A DNA stretch of 64,000 nucleotides from Nitrosopumilaceae archaeon. GTDB taxonomy: Archaea; Thermoproteota; Nitrososphaeria; Nitrososphaerales; Nitrosopumilaceae. Shown here one piece after another: positions 1 to 10,451 of the stretch. The stretch's first letter is position 1. Each line of letters opens with the position of its first letter. The position numbers were made by a program, and so were the translations under genes. The DNA lies in NCBI GenBank assembly GCA_965207375.1, contig OZ242274.1:992001-1056000 (forward strand). The letters run 5' to 3'. The notes below the pieces were generated by a model. It worked only from the letters and a program-made list of their open reading frames with translations, had not been told where the DNA came from and did not search any database.

Positions 1-615
1 AATTACCTCAATATTCTCATACCCCGCAATCTGTTAGATGCCAAACTTGCCATTGAAATGGACAGATCGTTTTCTGTTTTAGTTGATGGTGTAAAAATAG
101 ATTACATTAAAGCCACAAATCATTGCTATCATAACATGTTAATTCCAATCGATGTGGATTCTAAACTCATCGAGATAATGTACAACAATACAAATTTTGA
201 CATTCTAAACAAATCAAAAATTCAGCCACTTTACATAGAGACTCTTAAAGATCGCTATTCTAGTAATGAAACAATTATGATGAAAGGATGCGTATCTTTG
301 AACTCTGAGGGAGATGATGTGTCTGTTAGTGTTTTAGATCATAATGGCAAAGTCTATCACAGTACCTTGGTGCAGCCAAATCAAGATGGGACGTTTTCAT
401 CCTCATTTGTCATTGGCGATGCTTTAGCTACAGATGTACAACATACAGTCAAGGTAGAGTATGGAGGACACACTACGATGAGAGTATTTACAGTGCCTGA
501 ATTTCCAATTGCTACACTTGTTTTGTTTATTGCCATAATCTCAATTATTTTATTCTCTAGAAAGACACATTGTGGTCATCATGGACAAATATCCGTACCG
601 GCATCTCTAAACTAA
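1..615 (+). CDS. PEF(G)-CTERM surface protein, 5'-truncated by window edge
   Basis: Frame is open from base 1 (NYLNILIPRNLLDAK...). C-terminal VPEF motif, hydrophobic helix and basic RK match an archaeosortase sorting signal. Confidence 0.75.
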   Translation, partial: NYLNILIPRNLLDAKLAIEMDRSFSVLVDGVKIDYIKATNHCYHNMLIPIDVDSKLIEIMYNNTNFDILNKSKIQPLYIETLKDRYSSNETIMMKGCVSLNSEGDDVSVSVLDHNGKVYHSTLVQPNQDGTFSSSFVIGDALATDVQHTVKVEYGGHTTMRVFTVPEFPIATLVLFIAIISIILFSRKTHCGHHGQISVPASLN

Positions 616-889
616 TCAAAAAGAGATTTGATAAAGGACAAAATCTGTAACATGGCATATGCCATGAAATATCTAGTGCATGTCTTACTCGTATGGAACA
701 ATGCTAAATCAATACATTCAATCAAAGAACAAAGGCGACAAAGATATTCTGATCTACAAACACATATTGTGCAGGATACATCGCATACTTTTCAGATGAT
801 TGCAAGTTAGTTTTTTTTGGTTTTGATTGTACTTTAATTATAATTAGGCGTCTAAAATTTCTAAATTCAATATGTATATGGTGGAACAG

Positions 890-1921
890 TTATTTTCGCA
901 GGTTATACTTTGCTATTTCCAAAATTTCATATGACATTTGTGTAGTTGATGCGCCTCCTCCTATATCCCACGTTACAGTTTTACCTTCGTTAATTACCTG
1001 ATTGGTTGCATCAAAAATTGCATCTCTGATGTGTTTTTCACCCAAATATTCGGCCATCCATGCACCAGATAATATCGTAGCTGTTGGATTTACTTTGTTT
1101 TGTCCTGCAAATTGTGGTGCGCTACCGTGTGCTGCCTCAAACATTGCAAAATTATCTCCCATGTTTGCAGAATAAATTAACCCAATAGAGCCTACAAGGG
1201 CCGAAGCCAGCTCTGAAATAATATCCATAAATAAATTAGTACTGACTAGTACAGTACCGTTGAATTGTTCTGTTGCAATTACCATTTGTTGAGCCATGTT
1301 ATCAATGTAAATTTCTGACAATTTAATTTCTGTTCCCTGTACTGCCTTTTGAGCCTCATCCCAAAAAATTCCATCAGTCTGTTTTAAAATATTTCTTTTT
1401 GTAATTGCTACCATTTTTTTCATATTATAGTCATTTGCCCATTTTACTGCCGAATCAATTAATCTTCGTGAGCCCTGTCTTGTAATTTTCCTGATTGCAA
1501 TTGCTGCATCTTCTGTAACTTTTGTTTCAACACCTGTGTACAACCCTTCAGTTGCTTCTCTAAAACACACACAATCAAGCTTTCTATCTGGTGTTAATCT
1601 ATCAAAGGTTTTGCAGGGTCTGATGTTTGCATATAATTCGAATTTCTGTCTTAGTGTTACTGCCACACTTTTTGGTGCCCCTGGAACCGGAATGGTTGTA
1701 GTCGGACCCTTAAAGCAGGTATCTGATTCTTTTAGAACCTGCATCGTTTGATCAGGAATGTATGATGTATCTTTTCTTCCATTTTTATCCCACTGTTCAG
1801 AACCTGCTTCACATAAAATAATTTCTGATTGCAAATTACACTCTTTGAGAATCTTTAACATGCAATCTACTACTTCGGGTCCTATGCCGTCACCTCTCAT
1901 TACTGCGGCTTTTTTTACCAT
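890..1921 (-). CDS. Isocitrate/isopropylmalate dehydrogenase family protein
   Basis: GDGIGPEV, REATEGLY, NLFMDIISE and FEAAHGSAP..AG...NP motifs. Confidence 0.93.
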   Translation of the reverse strand: MVKKAAVMRGDGIGPEVVDCMLKILKECNLQSEIILCEAGSEQWDKNGRKDTSYIPDQTMQVLKESDTCFKGPTTTIPVPGAPKSVAVTLRQKFELYANIRPCKTFDRLTPDRKLDCVCFREATEGLYTGVETKVTEDAAIAIRKITRQGSRRLIDSAVKWANDYNMKKMVAITKRNILKQTDGIFWDEAQKAVQGTEIKLSEIYIDNMAQQMVIATEQFNGTVLVSTNLFMDIISELASALVGSIGLIYSANMGDNFAMFEAAHGSAPQFAGQNKVNPTATILSGAWMAEYLGEKHIRDAIFDATNQVINEGKTVTWDIGGGASTTQMSYEILEIAKYNLRK

Positions 1922-2021
1922 AACAGGATTAAGGTTGAGTGTTTACTATTTATTTTTACCCAATGACTCTATTGTATGTGGATATAACTTAATAACAAAA
2001 ACTTTGATGTTACAATTGAAC

Positions 2022-2768
2022 ATGATTATAGTTCAGCTGTCTGATTTGCATGTGGGCTCTCAATTTCAGCCCAAAGTCTTTGAAAAACTAGTCGATGAAA
2101 TCAATGAGATCAAACCTGATGTTGTAATAGTTACAGGTGATCTTACCAATGAAGGACTAGTAAAAGAATACGAAATCTGTAAAAAATCCCTCTCAAAAAT
2201 CAAAACAAAAAAATTAATTGCAATTAGTGGAAACCATGATTACAGAAACACCGGTTACTTGCTATTCAAAAAATATTTTCCATTTGAAACTGTCAACGAA
2301 CTTGATGAAAATACCGTTCTAGTTACTTTGGGCACTACACGACCTGATAGAAATGATGGTGAGGTGGGATATAGGCAGAATTTGTGGTTAGAAAGAACTA
2401 TGAAAAAATACAAAAACAAGGTAAAGATTTTGGCAATGCATCACCACCTGATTGCAATTCCTGATACGGGCTCTGATCAATTGACTGTAGTCGATGCAGG
2501 CGACGTTTTAAGAACAATTCTTGCAACTCATGTTAATTTGGTACTGTGTGGGCACAAACACAGGCCTTGGGCTTGGAATTTTGGCCAATTAATGGTCGTA
2601 AATGCAGGTACTGCTACATCTGAAAGAGTAAGAGGTCTTTTTGAAAACACCTACAATATCATCACGATACAAAATAAAAAAATTCAGATAGATCTGAAAA
2701 TTGTAGGTAGCAAACGCATTCCGATTGAAAATATTGTTAAAAATTATGCCCGATTTGGTGAAGAGTGA
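2022..2768 (+). CDS. Calcineurin-like metallophosphoesterase
   Basis: SDLH, GDL, GNHD, HHH and GHKH motifs. Start moved to ATG 2022 (MIIVQLSDLH). Confidence 0.92.
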   Translation: MIIVQLSDLHVGSQFQPKVFEKLVDEINEIKPDVVIVTGDLTNEGLVKEYEICKKSLSKIKTKKLIAISGNHDYRNTGYLLFKKYFPFETVNELDENTVLVTLGTTRPDRNDGEVGYRQNLWLERTMKKYKNKVKILAMHHHLIAIPDTGSDQLTVVDAGDVLRTILATHVNLVLCGHKHRPWAWNFGQLMVVNAGTATSERVRGLFENTYNIITIQNKKIQIDLKIVGSKRIPIENIVKNYARFGEE

Positions 2769-2769
2769 A

Positions 2770-2777
2770 TTTATTTA
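2770..2777 (+). promoter_or_regulatory. Putative TATA box of tRNA-Ser
   Basis: TTTATTTA about 25-30 nt upstream of the tRNA 5' end. Confidence 0.45.
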
Positions 2778-2800
2778 CAGACATATTTTAGTCAAACCAT

Positions 2801-2884
2801 GCGGGGATCGCCTAGCCTGGTAGGGCGTGGGATTGCTAATCCCATGTCCGCAAGGACACGGGGGTTCAAATCCCCCTCTCCGCG
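2801..2884 (+). tRNA. tRNA-Ser(GCT)
   Basis: Acceptor stem GCGGGGA/TCTCCGC, discriminator G, anticodon arm TGGGA-TTGCTAA-TCCCA, long variable arm GTCC-GCAA-GGAC, T arm GGGGG-TTCAAAT-CCCCC. Confidence 0.97.
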
Positions 2885-3120
2885 CTATTTGTTTTCTATT
2901 TCATGTACAAATATCCTTGTGCAGGATTGCAGATTCAGTCACACATAGGAATCTGTCACGGTACGATCAAAAGACACTGATCTAAATTTGTCAATAATTT
3001 GACCACACTTTGTCAATATTGGATGGGACCTGATATTGTACCAAAATATCAATTTTACAAAAAATCATATTAAAAAAGATGACCTCCTACTGCAAAAAGA
3101 CACCAAAATCTCAGAGCTGA

Positions 3121-3245
3121 CCAAATGTGACAACTATCATAGAGGTGATTCGTAATTAGACAACCACGCCTAACAAGAGCAAAAATCCGTGCCCAGATCT
3201 AATTACGAATCATATCTCATATTGTTGTGACATATCTCCATTTGG
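3121..3245. repeat. Long imperfect inverted repeat
   Basis: Perfect 15-bp arms TGATTCGTAATTAGA (3146-3160) and TCTAATTACGAATCA (3198-3212), with imperfect outward extension. Confidence 0.75.
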
Positions 3246-3425
3246 TTATTTGCCGTGAGTATGAGTCTGAACACTTAGTATGTTAGCACAGCAATTGCAC
3301 ACAGTTGATATTGCAAGTCTGCATTTGGCGCATTTTTCCAGATCTTTTGTTTGACAGCCACAAATTCTGCACAGTTCAATCTTTATGTCTTTCACCTACA
3401 AGAATTAGTTGGAATTTTTTGTCAG

Positions 3426-3746
3426 TCATTTAGACAAAATCGAGAGAATAGGCATGGTATTCCACTGATACATGGAATATTCCAGAATCCCAGAGCAGAT
3501 CTTGTCATATTTTTTGTAGAATTCATCTGCTTCTTGTTCTGTTGCCTCAAATACTGCCATGGCAGTGGCATTGTCATTGAATGCTCCTGATCACATAATC
3601 TTTCCTTTGGAATGCCATTCATCTGTCAAACTCTGAATCAACGGTGAAATTCTTTGAAGATCAACAGAATTTGTATTTTCCTTAAACACAGTAATTATAA
3701 CCCAGTTTTGTGTTTCTTGCATCTCTTGTTGTTGCTGCTGACTCAC
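3426..3746 (-). pseudogene. 106-codon hypothetical protein interrupted by one in-frame TGA
   Basis: GTG start, MSQQQQEMQETQNWVIITVF...KGKIM*SGAFNDN...LSK. TGA at 3591-3593, probably from TGG. Frame is open on both sides. Confidence 0.65.
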
Positions 3747-4139
3747 AAAAGTAAGTCACGAATTCGTTTAATAAAATTTCTGATAAATCTATTTCTTTGT
3801 TACATGTAATTAGAACATTGAAAAATAATTATTGTTAACACAAGACGTACTTGTTCCCGTAGTGAAGTTAATTTGTACCTAAATGATGGTAACTGACCGA
3901 TTTTACAAAGTGCTATGCCTGAATCAAATGTAAAAATGATAGACTCGACATTTTTTACGTATGCGATTTCACAAAGTGTTACCAAACTTGTCTATTATAT
4001 CATCAAATTGATTTCTGCCTAGATGGAATCTGGCCTGAAAATTGCAAATTTTGAATAATTCTGGATAGGACTATAACACAAACTACACTATACAGGACAT
4101 TTATCAGATATTGCTTATATCAAGAATATGAGGTTAGAA

Positions 4140-5060
4140 CTAAGAAAACCATTTTGTTAAATCATCTCTTTTTCCAGTGACAACTTTTAACCCTCCATTA
4201 ATCATTTCTGTTTTTACGCGAGTTAATTTTCGTGCAGATTCTACAATATTTCCTGCTCCCAAACTGTTTGTTGCAATAAGGATATGATATGTTATCTGTT
4301 TTCCTGATTGATAAACTGGTATATTAAAAACATGTTTACGAAATTCTCCTATTTGCCGCTTGTATAATTCCATTAGATCATTGCCCTCAGTGTAAGATAG
4401 CCATTTTTTGTTTCCATAAAATTGAACAAGAGATTCTTCAAATGCATTACCATCTTCAACATTTGATCTATGTCTTGCTATTACATGTGTCATAAAAGTA
4501 AAGAAAATATCAGCTGTTTTAATTTCTAATAATGATTTCATTAAATCCCATTTAATTTCTTTAAAACCTATAGGATCAATTACTATGAAAAATCCATTCC
4601 GTCCCTTAAACTGTTTTACAAATTCAACCGTTTTAGAAAAATCTCGCGTAACAAGATCATATGAACAATTTAGAATATCTGATTCCAACACCTTCAATCT
4701 TTTTTTTAAAGCATCAATAGTTTCTTGCTCACTATCTGAGAAAAAATATTTGGAAAAAGAATAGTTTTGAGCTTTGAATGCAGACACAAGAGGTGAGCCA
4801 GGAAATTTTTCATCATACAGCTCTTTTTCTTTGAAACCAATCAAACCTGTTCCACAATGTGTATCTACATAATACCAATTATCAAAATAATTACGAAATA
4901 TAGGCACAAACCCACCAATACAATAATCTAAGACAAAGAATTTTTTTATTGACCAAATATCACCTGGTGAAGTAATTAATTTATCATCTTTGATTTTTCC
5001 AATTTTTTTAATAAATTCATCTAATTTGGTTTTAGACCAATTATATGGATCAAATGACAT
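4140..5060 (-). CDS. tcmP: Three-Cys-motif partner protein (TcmP-like, methyltransferase-like fold)
   Basis: WS..K...L..Y, YVDTHCGTG, GSPL and IDPIG...W motifs; adjacent to a DUF5131 gene. Confidence 0.85.
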   Translation of the reverse strand: MSFDPYNWSKTKLDEFIKKIGKIKDDKLITSPGDIWSIKKFFVLDYCIGGFVPIFRNYFDNWYYVDTHCGTGLIGFKEKELYDEKFPGSPLVSAFKAQNYSFSKYFFSDSEQETIDALKKRLKVLESDILNCSYDLVTRDFSKTVEFVKQFKGRNGFFIVIDPIGFKEIKWDLMKSLLEIKTADIFFTFMTHVIARHRSNVEDGNAFEESLVQFYGNKKWLSYTEGNDLMELYKRQIGEFRKHVFNIPVYQSGKQITYHILIATNSLGAGNIVESARKLTRVKTEMINGGLKVVTGKRDDLTKWFS

Positions 5061-5159
5061 AGAATTACTTTAACTTAGTTTTTACAATAAATTATGTGGT
5101 TATTATAATGTGACCATATTGATCAATACTTTAATGAATAAAGCATAATCAGATTACTT

Positions 5160-5996
5160 GTGGCTACAAACTCACAGATTGAATGGACAGAAGCAACTTG
5201 GAACCCATCTACAGGGTGTACCAAAATTTCTCCTGGATGCAAGAATTGTTATGCTGAAAGACTATCAAAACGACTCAATCTCATGGGCGTAGCTAAATAC
5301 AAAAGAAATTTTGAATATGCAGAGCACCTACATGATATTTCCTTGCCTCTAACATGGAAAAAACCAAAGAAAATTTTTGTCAACAGTATGTCTGACTTGT
5401 TCCATGAAAAATCTACTATGGAATTTGTTGCTGAATGTTTTCATACTATGATCAGGGCTGATTGGCATACATACCAAGTTCTAACAAAAAGGCCTAAAAA
5501 AATGAAAGAATTTTCAAGACTATTTGTTAATTATTTTGGTTACAAGATTCCAAATCACATATGGATGGGAGTAAGTGTTGAAAATGCAGATTACAAATGG
5601 AGGATCAACGAATTAAGAAAAGTAAAATGTCATACAAAATTCATCAGTTTTGAGCCATTACTTGGTCCTATAAAAAATCTTAATCTGAAAGGAATTGATT
5701 GGGCCATAATTGGTGGTGAAAGCGGTGCAGGCTTTAGACCTGTGAAAAAAGAATGGATTGTCGATATAATTAGACAGTGTAAAAAACAAAATGTTGCAGT
5801 TTTCTTCAAGCAATGGGGAGGCATAAGACCAAAATCAGGAGGCAGAAGGATCAATGACAAAACGTTTGATGAATACCCCATCATTGAAAAAAGAAAAAAT
5901 GTTTTAAAAAATATTGATTTTGATATTAACTCTTTCAAACAACAAAACAAACTTGGAACCAAGCAAAAAAATATTGAAATAACTAATCCATTCTAA
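5160..5996 (+). CDS. DUF5131 (phage Gp37/Gp68-like) three-Cys protein
   Basis: IEWTEATWNP..GCTKISPGCKNCYA, FVNSMSDLFH, LTKRP, SFEPLLG, GGESG and FFKQWGG motifs. Confidence 0.93.
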   Translation: MATNSQIEWTEATWNPSTGCTKISPGCKNCYAERLSKRLNLMGVAKYKRNFEYAEHLHDISLPLTWKKPKKIFVNSMSDLFHEKSTMEFVAECFHTMIRADWHTYQVLTKRPKKMKEFSRLFVNYFGYKIPNHIWMGVSVENADYKWRINELRKVKCHTKFISFEPLLGPIKNLNLKGIDWAIIGGESGAGFRPVKKEWIVDIIRQCKKQNVAVFFKQWGGIRPKSGGRRINDKTFDEYPIIEKRKNVLKNIDFDINSFKQQNKLGTKQKNIEITNPF

Positions 5997-6007
5997 AAGA
6001 AAATTTT

Positions 6008-6069
6008 CACAAGGTGGTGTGTGGTCCTGTCTACAAGTACAAATGTCGGGATCCGCACCATGCCTTGTG
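6008..6069 (+). other. GC-rich stem-loop immediately downstream of the DUF5131 gene
   Basis: CACAAGG/CCTTGTG and TGGTG/CACCA stems plus inner GGTCCTG/CGGGATC pairing. Confidence 0.55.
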
Positions 6070-6156
6070 ATTATTTAGACTGATCAAGGTGCACAAGAAA
6101 TGAGAATATGGCACTCTACCAATTCATTTAATTACTTACATCTAGGCCAAAACATA

Positions 6157-7152
6157 GTGAAGACCTTACATCTTGCCATTGTTGCAGTTTTAGCAGTAAC
6201 CTTGCTGTCTAGTGGTGTCGTATATGCAAATCCAGACATTATTGCTCAGTTAGAGGCTAAAATTGCAGAACTTGAAAATAAGATAAAAAACAAGGAAGCC
6301 AAAATCGATGCCAAAAAACAAAAGGTTGAGCAACTAAAATCAGAACTTGAAGTTCAAACCAAAAATCTTGAAGAGATTACAGCAAAACTTGATCAGAAAA
6401 ACAGAAAGATTGACAGACTAGAAAACAAGATTGAAGAATTTAGGGAAAAACTAGATAGAAAGAATACAAAACTTGATAATAAACAAGACAAGATTGATAA
6501 TTTTAAAATCCAAACTAGTCCTGAACCGTTGCTTGCACTGTTGGCAGAAGGCGTAAGTGTATCTCCATATTACGAATATTATGATAACGGGAATCTAAAA
6601 GTAGCAATAACGTATGACGTGTATGGTGGAAGTATAACGTCACATTACTATGACAATGGCAAGGCTAGACAGGTCACCTATGTGCATAATGGTATCATGA
6701 AATATAATATGACATATTACGAATCAACTGCATATTTGCAGGATCAATATTTTTACTCTAATGGAAAGATATCACAATCCCAACACGGTACAGAAGACAA
6801 CTCGCTTTGGGCCTTGATTGAATATTATGAAAATGGCAATAGAAAACTTGTTCTTTTGACAAACAGTACGATACCAAAGGCTGTAGAAACTCCTGACAAG
6901 ACAATAAAATCAATTATTTACTTTGACAATGGATATATTCAAACCCAAGACTCTTATGAATATGACGAGGATGGACGCATTGTATCTTCACACTCTACTC
7001 ATATCGATGAGAATGGCAATAATCTAGTAGATGTCTGCTATACTTTTACACATACCTTTATTGACTCTAGATACACGTATGACCAGACACGTAATGATTC
7101 ATGCATGGCATCTCATCCGGTATATCATGTAGGCTCAATTTCTACAGAATAG
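6157..7152 (+). CDS. Secreted protein: signal peptide, long coiled coil, MORN-variant/YwqK-like repeats
   Basis: GTG start, MKTLHLAIVAVLAV...VYA signal, heptad K/E-rich helix, repeats YYDNG/YYENG/FYSNG/YFDNG. Confidence 0.7.
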   Translation: MKTLHLAIVAVLAVTLLSSGVVYANPDIIAQLEAKIAELENKIKNKEAKIDAKKQKVEQLKSELEVQTKNLEEITAKLDQKNRKIDRLENKIEEFREKLDRKNTKLDNKQDKIDNFKIQTSPEPLLALLAEGVSVSPYYEYYDNGNLKVAITYDVYGGSITSHYYDNGKARQVTYVHNGIMKYNMTYYESTAYLQDQYFYSNGKISQSQHGTEDNSLWALIEYYENGNRKLVLLTNSTIPKAVETPDKTIKSIIYFDNGYIQTQDSYEYDEDGRIVSSHSTHIDENGNNLVDVCYTFTHTFIDSRYTYDQTRNDSCMASHPVYHVGSISTE

Positions 7153-7225
7153 AGTCAAACTAGTCTGTTACAAAATTAAATGAAACAATAAATCTAATGT
7201 TACTTTATCTGTCCTGCACGTCTTA

Positions 7226-7320
7226 CTAGGTAGTCTAGTCTTTATGTTTTCTCTGTCAGCTCACACTTTTCTGTATTTCTCGTTGTTAGTCCGCATGTGT
7301 CAAATTATCTCCGGCAGGTG
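7226..7320 (-). repeat. Degenerate copy of the IS110 transposase 3' end
   Basis: Aligns with 7418-7520 (CTAGGTAGTCTAGTCTTT...CAAATTATCTCC) with several indels and substitutions. Confidence 0.75.
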
Positions 7321-7403
7321 GCCACCATCTGTGGTACAAATTAACTCCCATATGAAAAATCCCTTGGCTACGTGCCGGATCCTATACAGCGTGCATTTGC
7401 AGA

Positions 7404-8409
7404 TCAGGACATCTTTGCTAGGTAGTCTAGTCTTTTATGTTTTCTCTGTGTCAGCTCACAATTCTGTGTTCTGTATTCTTCGTTGTTAGTCAGCATGTAC
7501 CAAATTATCTCCAGCATGTGTCGTGCTACTGCAACCTTTGCCTTTTGTGCACCGCGTCTCTTTTTTATTCTCTCGTAGATTCTTTGCATTCTGGGATCAT
7601 GCTGTATGGTTATTGTAGCTGCCTCAACTATGGCGTTTCTCATCCATACTGAACCCTCCTTTGTTATTCCTCCTCCTTTGTATGTGGTAGCACTGTTACG
7701 GTGTGATGGTATTACGCCACCTCCTGCAGCAAACTTTTCTGCAGTAGAATATCTTGTAATATCTACAAGCTCAGAAATTATTGTAAATGCTGTAATGTGT
7801 CTGATTCCTGGTATCGTCATGAGCAGTTTTACTCTATCATCATCTTGTGCTATTTGTGCCATCTTTTGTTCTAGTTTGTTTACCTGTGCAATTGAAGTGT
7901 TTATGCATTCTAGATGTATGTCCATTGACATGCGGTCTATTTCTGATATTGGTATACTTTCTAACCATTTCATTCCTTTTTTTGTAAACACACCCTTAGT
8001 TGGGCACGTATAGTCATATCTGGCAAGTATTGCATGGATTTTGTTTCTGTGTAGTGCACCGTCTCGTTTGCATCTGCTTCTGGTTCTGACTAGATTCCTT
8101 AGATCTCTATAGTACTTGTTAGGTACAAAAGACTCGTATATCATGTCTGATTTTAACAAATCAGTTAGTATCTCAGAATCAAGCTTGTCGTCTTTTAGCT
8201 TGGCCTGTGCTATTATCTTCGTCTTTGCAGGATGTGCAAGTATTGTATCTATTCCCTCGTCTTCTAGCTTGTCGTGTAATCTTATCCAATAGTTTGCAGT
8301 GGATTCACAGACTGCTCTTGCAGTGTCATTGTATGTTTCCTTTATGTGTTTGATAAAACCTGTTATGCCTTCTGTGTCGTTTGAAAATGTAATCTGTTCT
8401 AATTTCTTT
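7404..8409 (-). pseudogene. IS110-family transposase, C-terminal part (disrupted by IS66)
   Basis: CESTANYW and KDDKLD (DEDD residues), TIPGI, SHRNSA and AVARHML motifs. Frame is open up to the IS66 end. Confidence 0.9.
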
Positions 8410-10146
8410 GTAACATTCCGACTCTCTGAAGTTCCTTATATAGTCAGGCAGTAAAGCATAAGGATCACTATCATCAGCATAAAATTATGATGCCGGGATT
8501 TGATCTTGAAGAAATAGACTGGAAGAATCCCGATGTCAACAAGCTTTTCGAGGTTCTTACTGAAAAATTTGATCAAATGGATAAACAAATGAAAGATCTG
8601 CAAAAAGACAATCAGCTAAAAGATGTAGAAAGCAAACAAGTGATTGCAGAAAATAAACAAGTGATTGCAGAAAATAAACAAGTAATCACAGAAAACAAAC
8701 AGCTAAAAGAAGAAATCGTTCAACTAAAAAAACTCATAGCAAAACTGCAAAAGAAAAAAACAAGATCCAGTCATGTCAGTAGCTATAACACCAGAGAGTA
8801 CAAGGGATACCCAGAGATCAAAAAACAAAAGACGCAGCCAAAATATACGCAACAAGACCATGAGACCACAGATGTAATTGTAGATCACAAGTTTTGTCCA
8901 TCATGTGGTAATCCGCTTGCAGATTCGTCAAGCAAATACACTAGAAACGGTGAATCGATAATAGACGGCAAATGGTCTGGTGTCAACATGACTATTGTGG
9001 GTAGATACTGCAAAAAATGTGCACGCATGCAATATGCAAAACCTATTGACTTTATGCCAGAAGAGCATTTTAGCATCACAATAATGGCAAGAATTTCTGC
9101 AATGAGAAACCTGACTATATCGTATGGCAAAATACAAAAACTCTTGCAGATGTTTTACGGCAAAAATATTGCCATATCCACACTTGAAAAACTTGATGCA
9201 CGTGTCTCAAAATGCCTAGAACCTGTATATTATTCGCTTCTTGATGAGATTGTCAAGGCAAAAATCCTAGGAGGTGACGAAACAGGATGGTATCTAAACG
9301 GCAAACTGTGCTGGGCATGGGTGTTTCATTCTGTATATACGGTAGTATATCACATCGCACAATCTAGAAGCAAAATGGTATCTGAGACGTTTCTAAAGGA
9401 TTTTGAAGGCATACTGATGGGTGACTCTCATCCCGGATGGAGTGTTGCAGATATACTTCAAAAATGCCTGCTACACTATTTCAGAGACATGTATAGAACG
9501 CTTGAAAAAAATGACAAAAAAGAATTTCAAACATTCTTTGATGAACTATACAAGATACTAAAATCTGCAATAAAGCTTGGCAAAAAACACGACACAGTAC
9601 AGGACATTCCAAAGCGCAGCATAACTAAACTGCAAAAAAGAATCAATGCACTTGCTACAGGAACATATGAGGATACAGATTGTCTCAGATATGTAAAGCG
9701 ACTAAAACGCGAGGGTAACTCTTTGCTAACATTTCTAAAATATGATGGTGTGCCGTACCACAACAATGCAAGCGAGCAGGCAATGCGCATATTTGCTATA
9801 ATGAGGAAGATATTCTACGGTAGTCGCTCAGAGAGAGGCCTAAAAACCACAGAGATACGTCAAAGCATATTTGCCACATGTGAAAGGCGCGATGTAAATC
9901 CGTATCATTTCGTCAAGGAGTATCTGCGTGGAAATATCAAAGAAATTCCCATGCCAAAAGTCACAGTTGCTGCATGATACCATCAAATGTACAGTGTATA
10001 ATACACAAAATTTGTTACTGTATGATCATTTCTGTAATCTGAATCTGTTGTATACTGGTTCATTGACGTAAACTGCACCGGGGTTTTGCATGCAGTTTCA
10101 TGGGTCATCTAAATCCCAGAGTAACTTCAGAAAGTCGATCTGTTAC
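8410..10146 (+). mobile_element. IS66-family element, copy 1 (1737 bp, single ORF)
   Basis: TIRs GTAACATTCCGACTCTCTGAAGTT / GTAACAGATCGACTTTCTGAAGTT (20/24). Flanks ATTTCTTT and AATTATTC. Confidence 0.95.
8487..9977 (+). CDS. IS66-family transposase
   Basis: Coiled coil with 21-bp KQVIAEN repeats, CPSC..CKKC zinc finger, DETGW, QKCLLH and HNNASEQAMR motifs. Confidence 0.93.
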   Translation: MMPGFDLEEIDWKNPDVNKLFEVLTEKFDQMDKQMKDLQKDNQLKDVESKQVIAENKQVIAENKQVITENKQLKEEIVQLKKLIAKLQKKKTRSSHVSSYNTREYKGYPEIKKQKTQPKYTQQDHETTDVIVDHKFCPSCGNPLADSSSKYTRNGESIIDGKWSGVNMTIVGRYCKKCARMQYAKPIDFMPEEHFSITIMARISAMRNLTISYGKIQKLLQMFYGKNIAISTLEKLDARVSKCLEPVYYSLLDEIVKAKILGGDETGWYLNGKLCWAWVFHSVYTVVYHIAQSRSKMVSETFLKDFEGILMGDSHPGWSVADILQKCLLHYFRDMYRTLEKNDKKEFQTFFDELYKILKSAIKLGKKHDTVQDIPKRSITKLQKRINALATGTYEDTDCLRYVKRLKREGNSLLTFLKYDGVPYHNNASEQAMRIFAIMRKIFYGSRSERGLKTTEIRQSIFATCERRDVNPYHFVKEYLRGNIKEIPMPKVTVAA

Positions 10147-10451
10147 AATTATTCGTGTTTTTTGGTAACACTTGACTAAATGCTACGTCTAAATCGCATG
10201 TAAAAACTGGCCTGTCCAGAGTTTTTGGGCACGCAACTTTAGAAATCATGTATATAGTTTTTTTACAATTTATTTGCTACAAATCTTGAGTTTGTAAAAT
10301 AATAATGTGTGAGACTTTTTGCGTGTCTGATTCATGGTTTTTGGCTCAATTTGACAAATGTTACAGAACAGATCTCACATATGTAAAGCAGACAAGATAT
10401 GACCCCTTTGCGCTCAAGGATTAAATATCATCTAGTCACGAATCAAGCTAA

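Noticed and set aside
1758-2021. Long N-terminal extensions in the ORF track (also 35219-35560, 41574-41726, 24287-24319)
   Set aside because: They overlap real neighbouring genes or their promoters; family motifs start at later codons.
3591-3593. In-frame TGA here and at 50591 as Trp/Sec recoding
   Set aside because: Many intact genes in the window end in TGA. Both cases are explained by single transitions in accessory or decaying genes.
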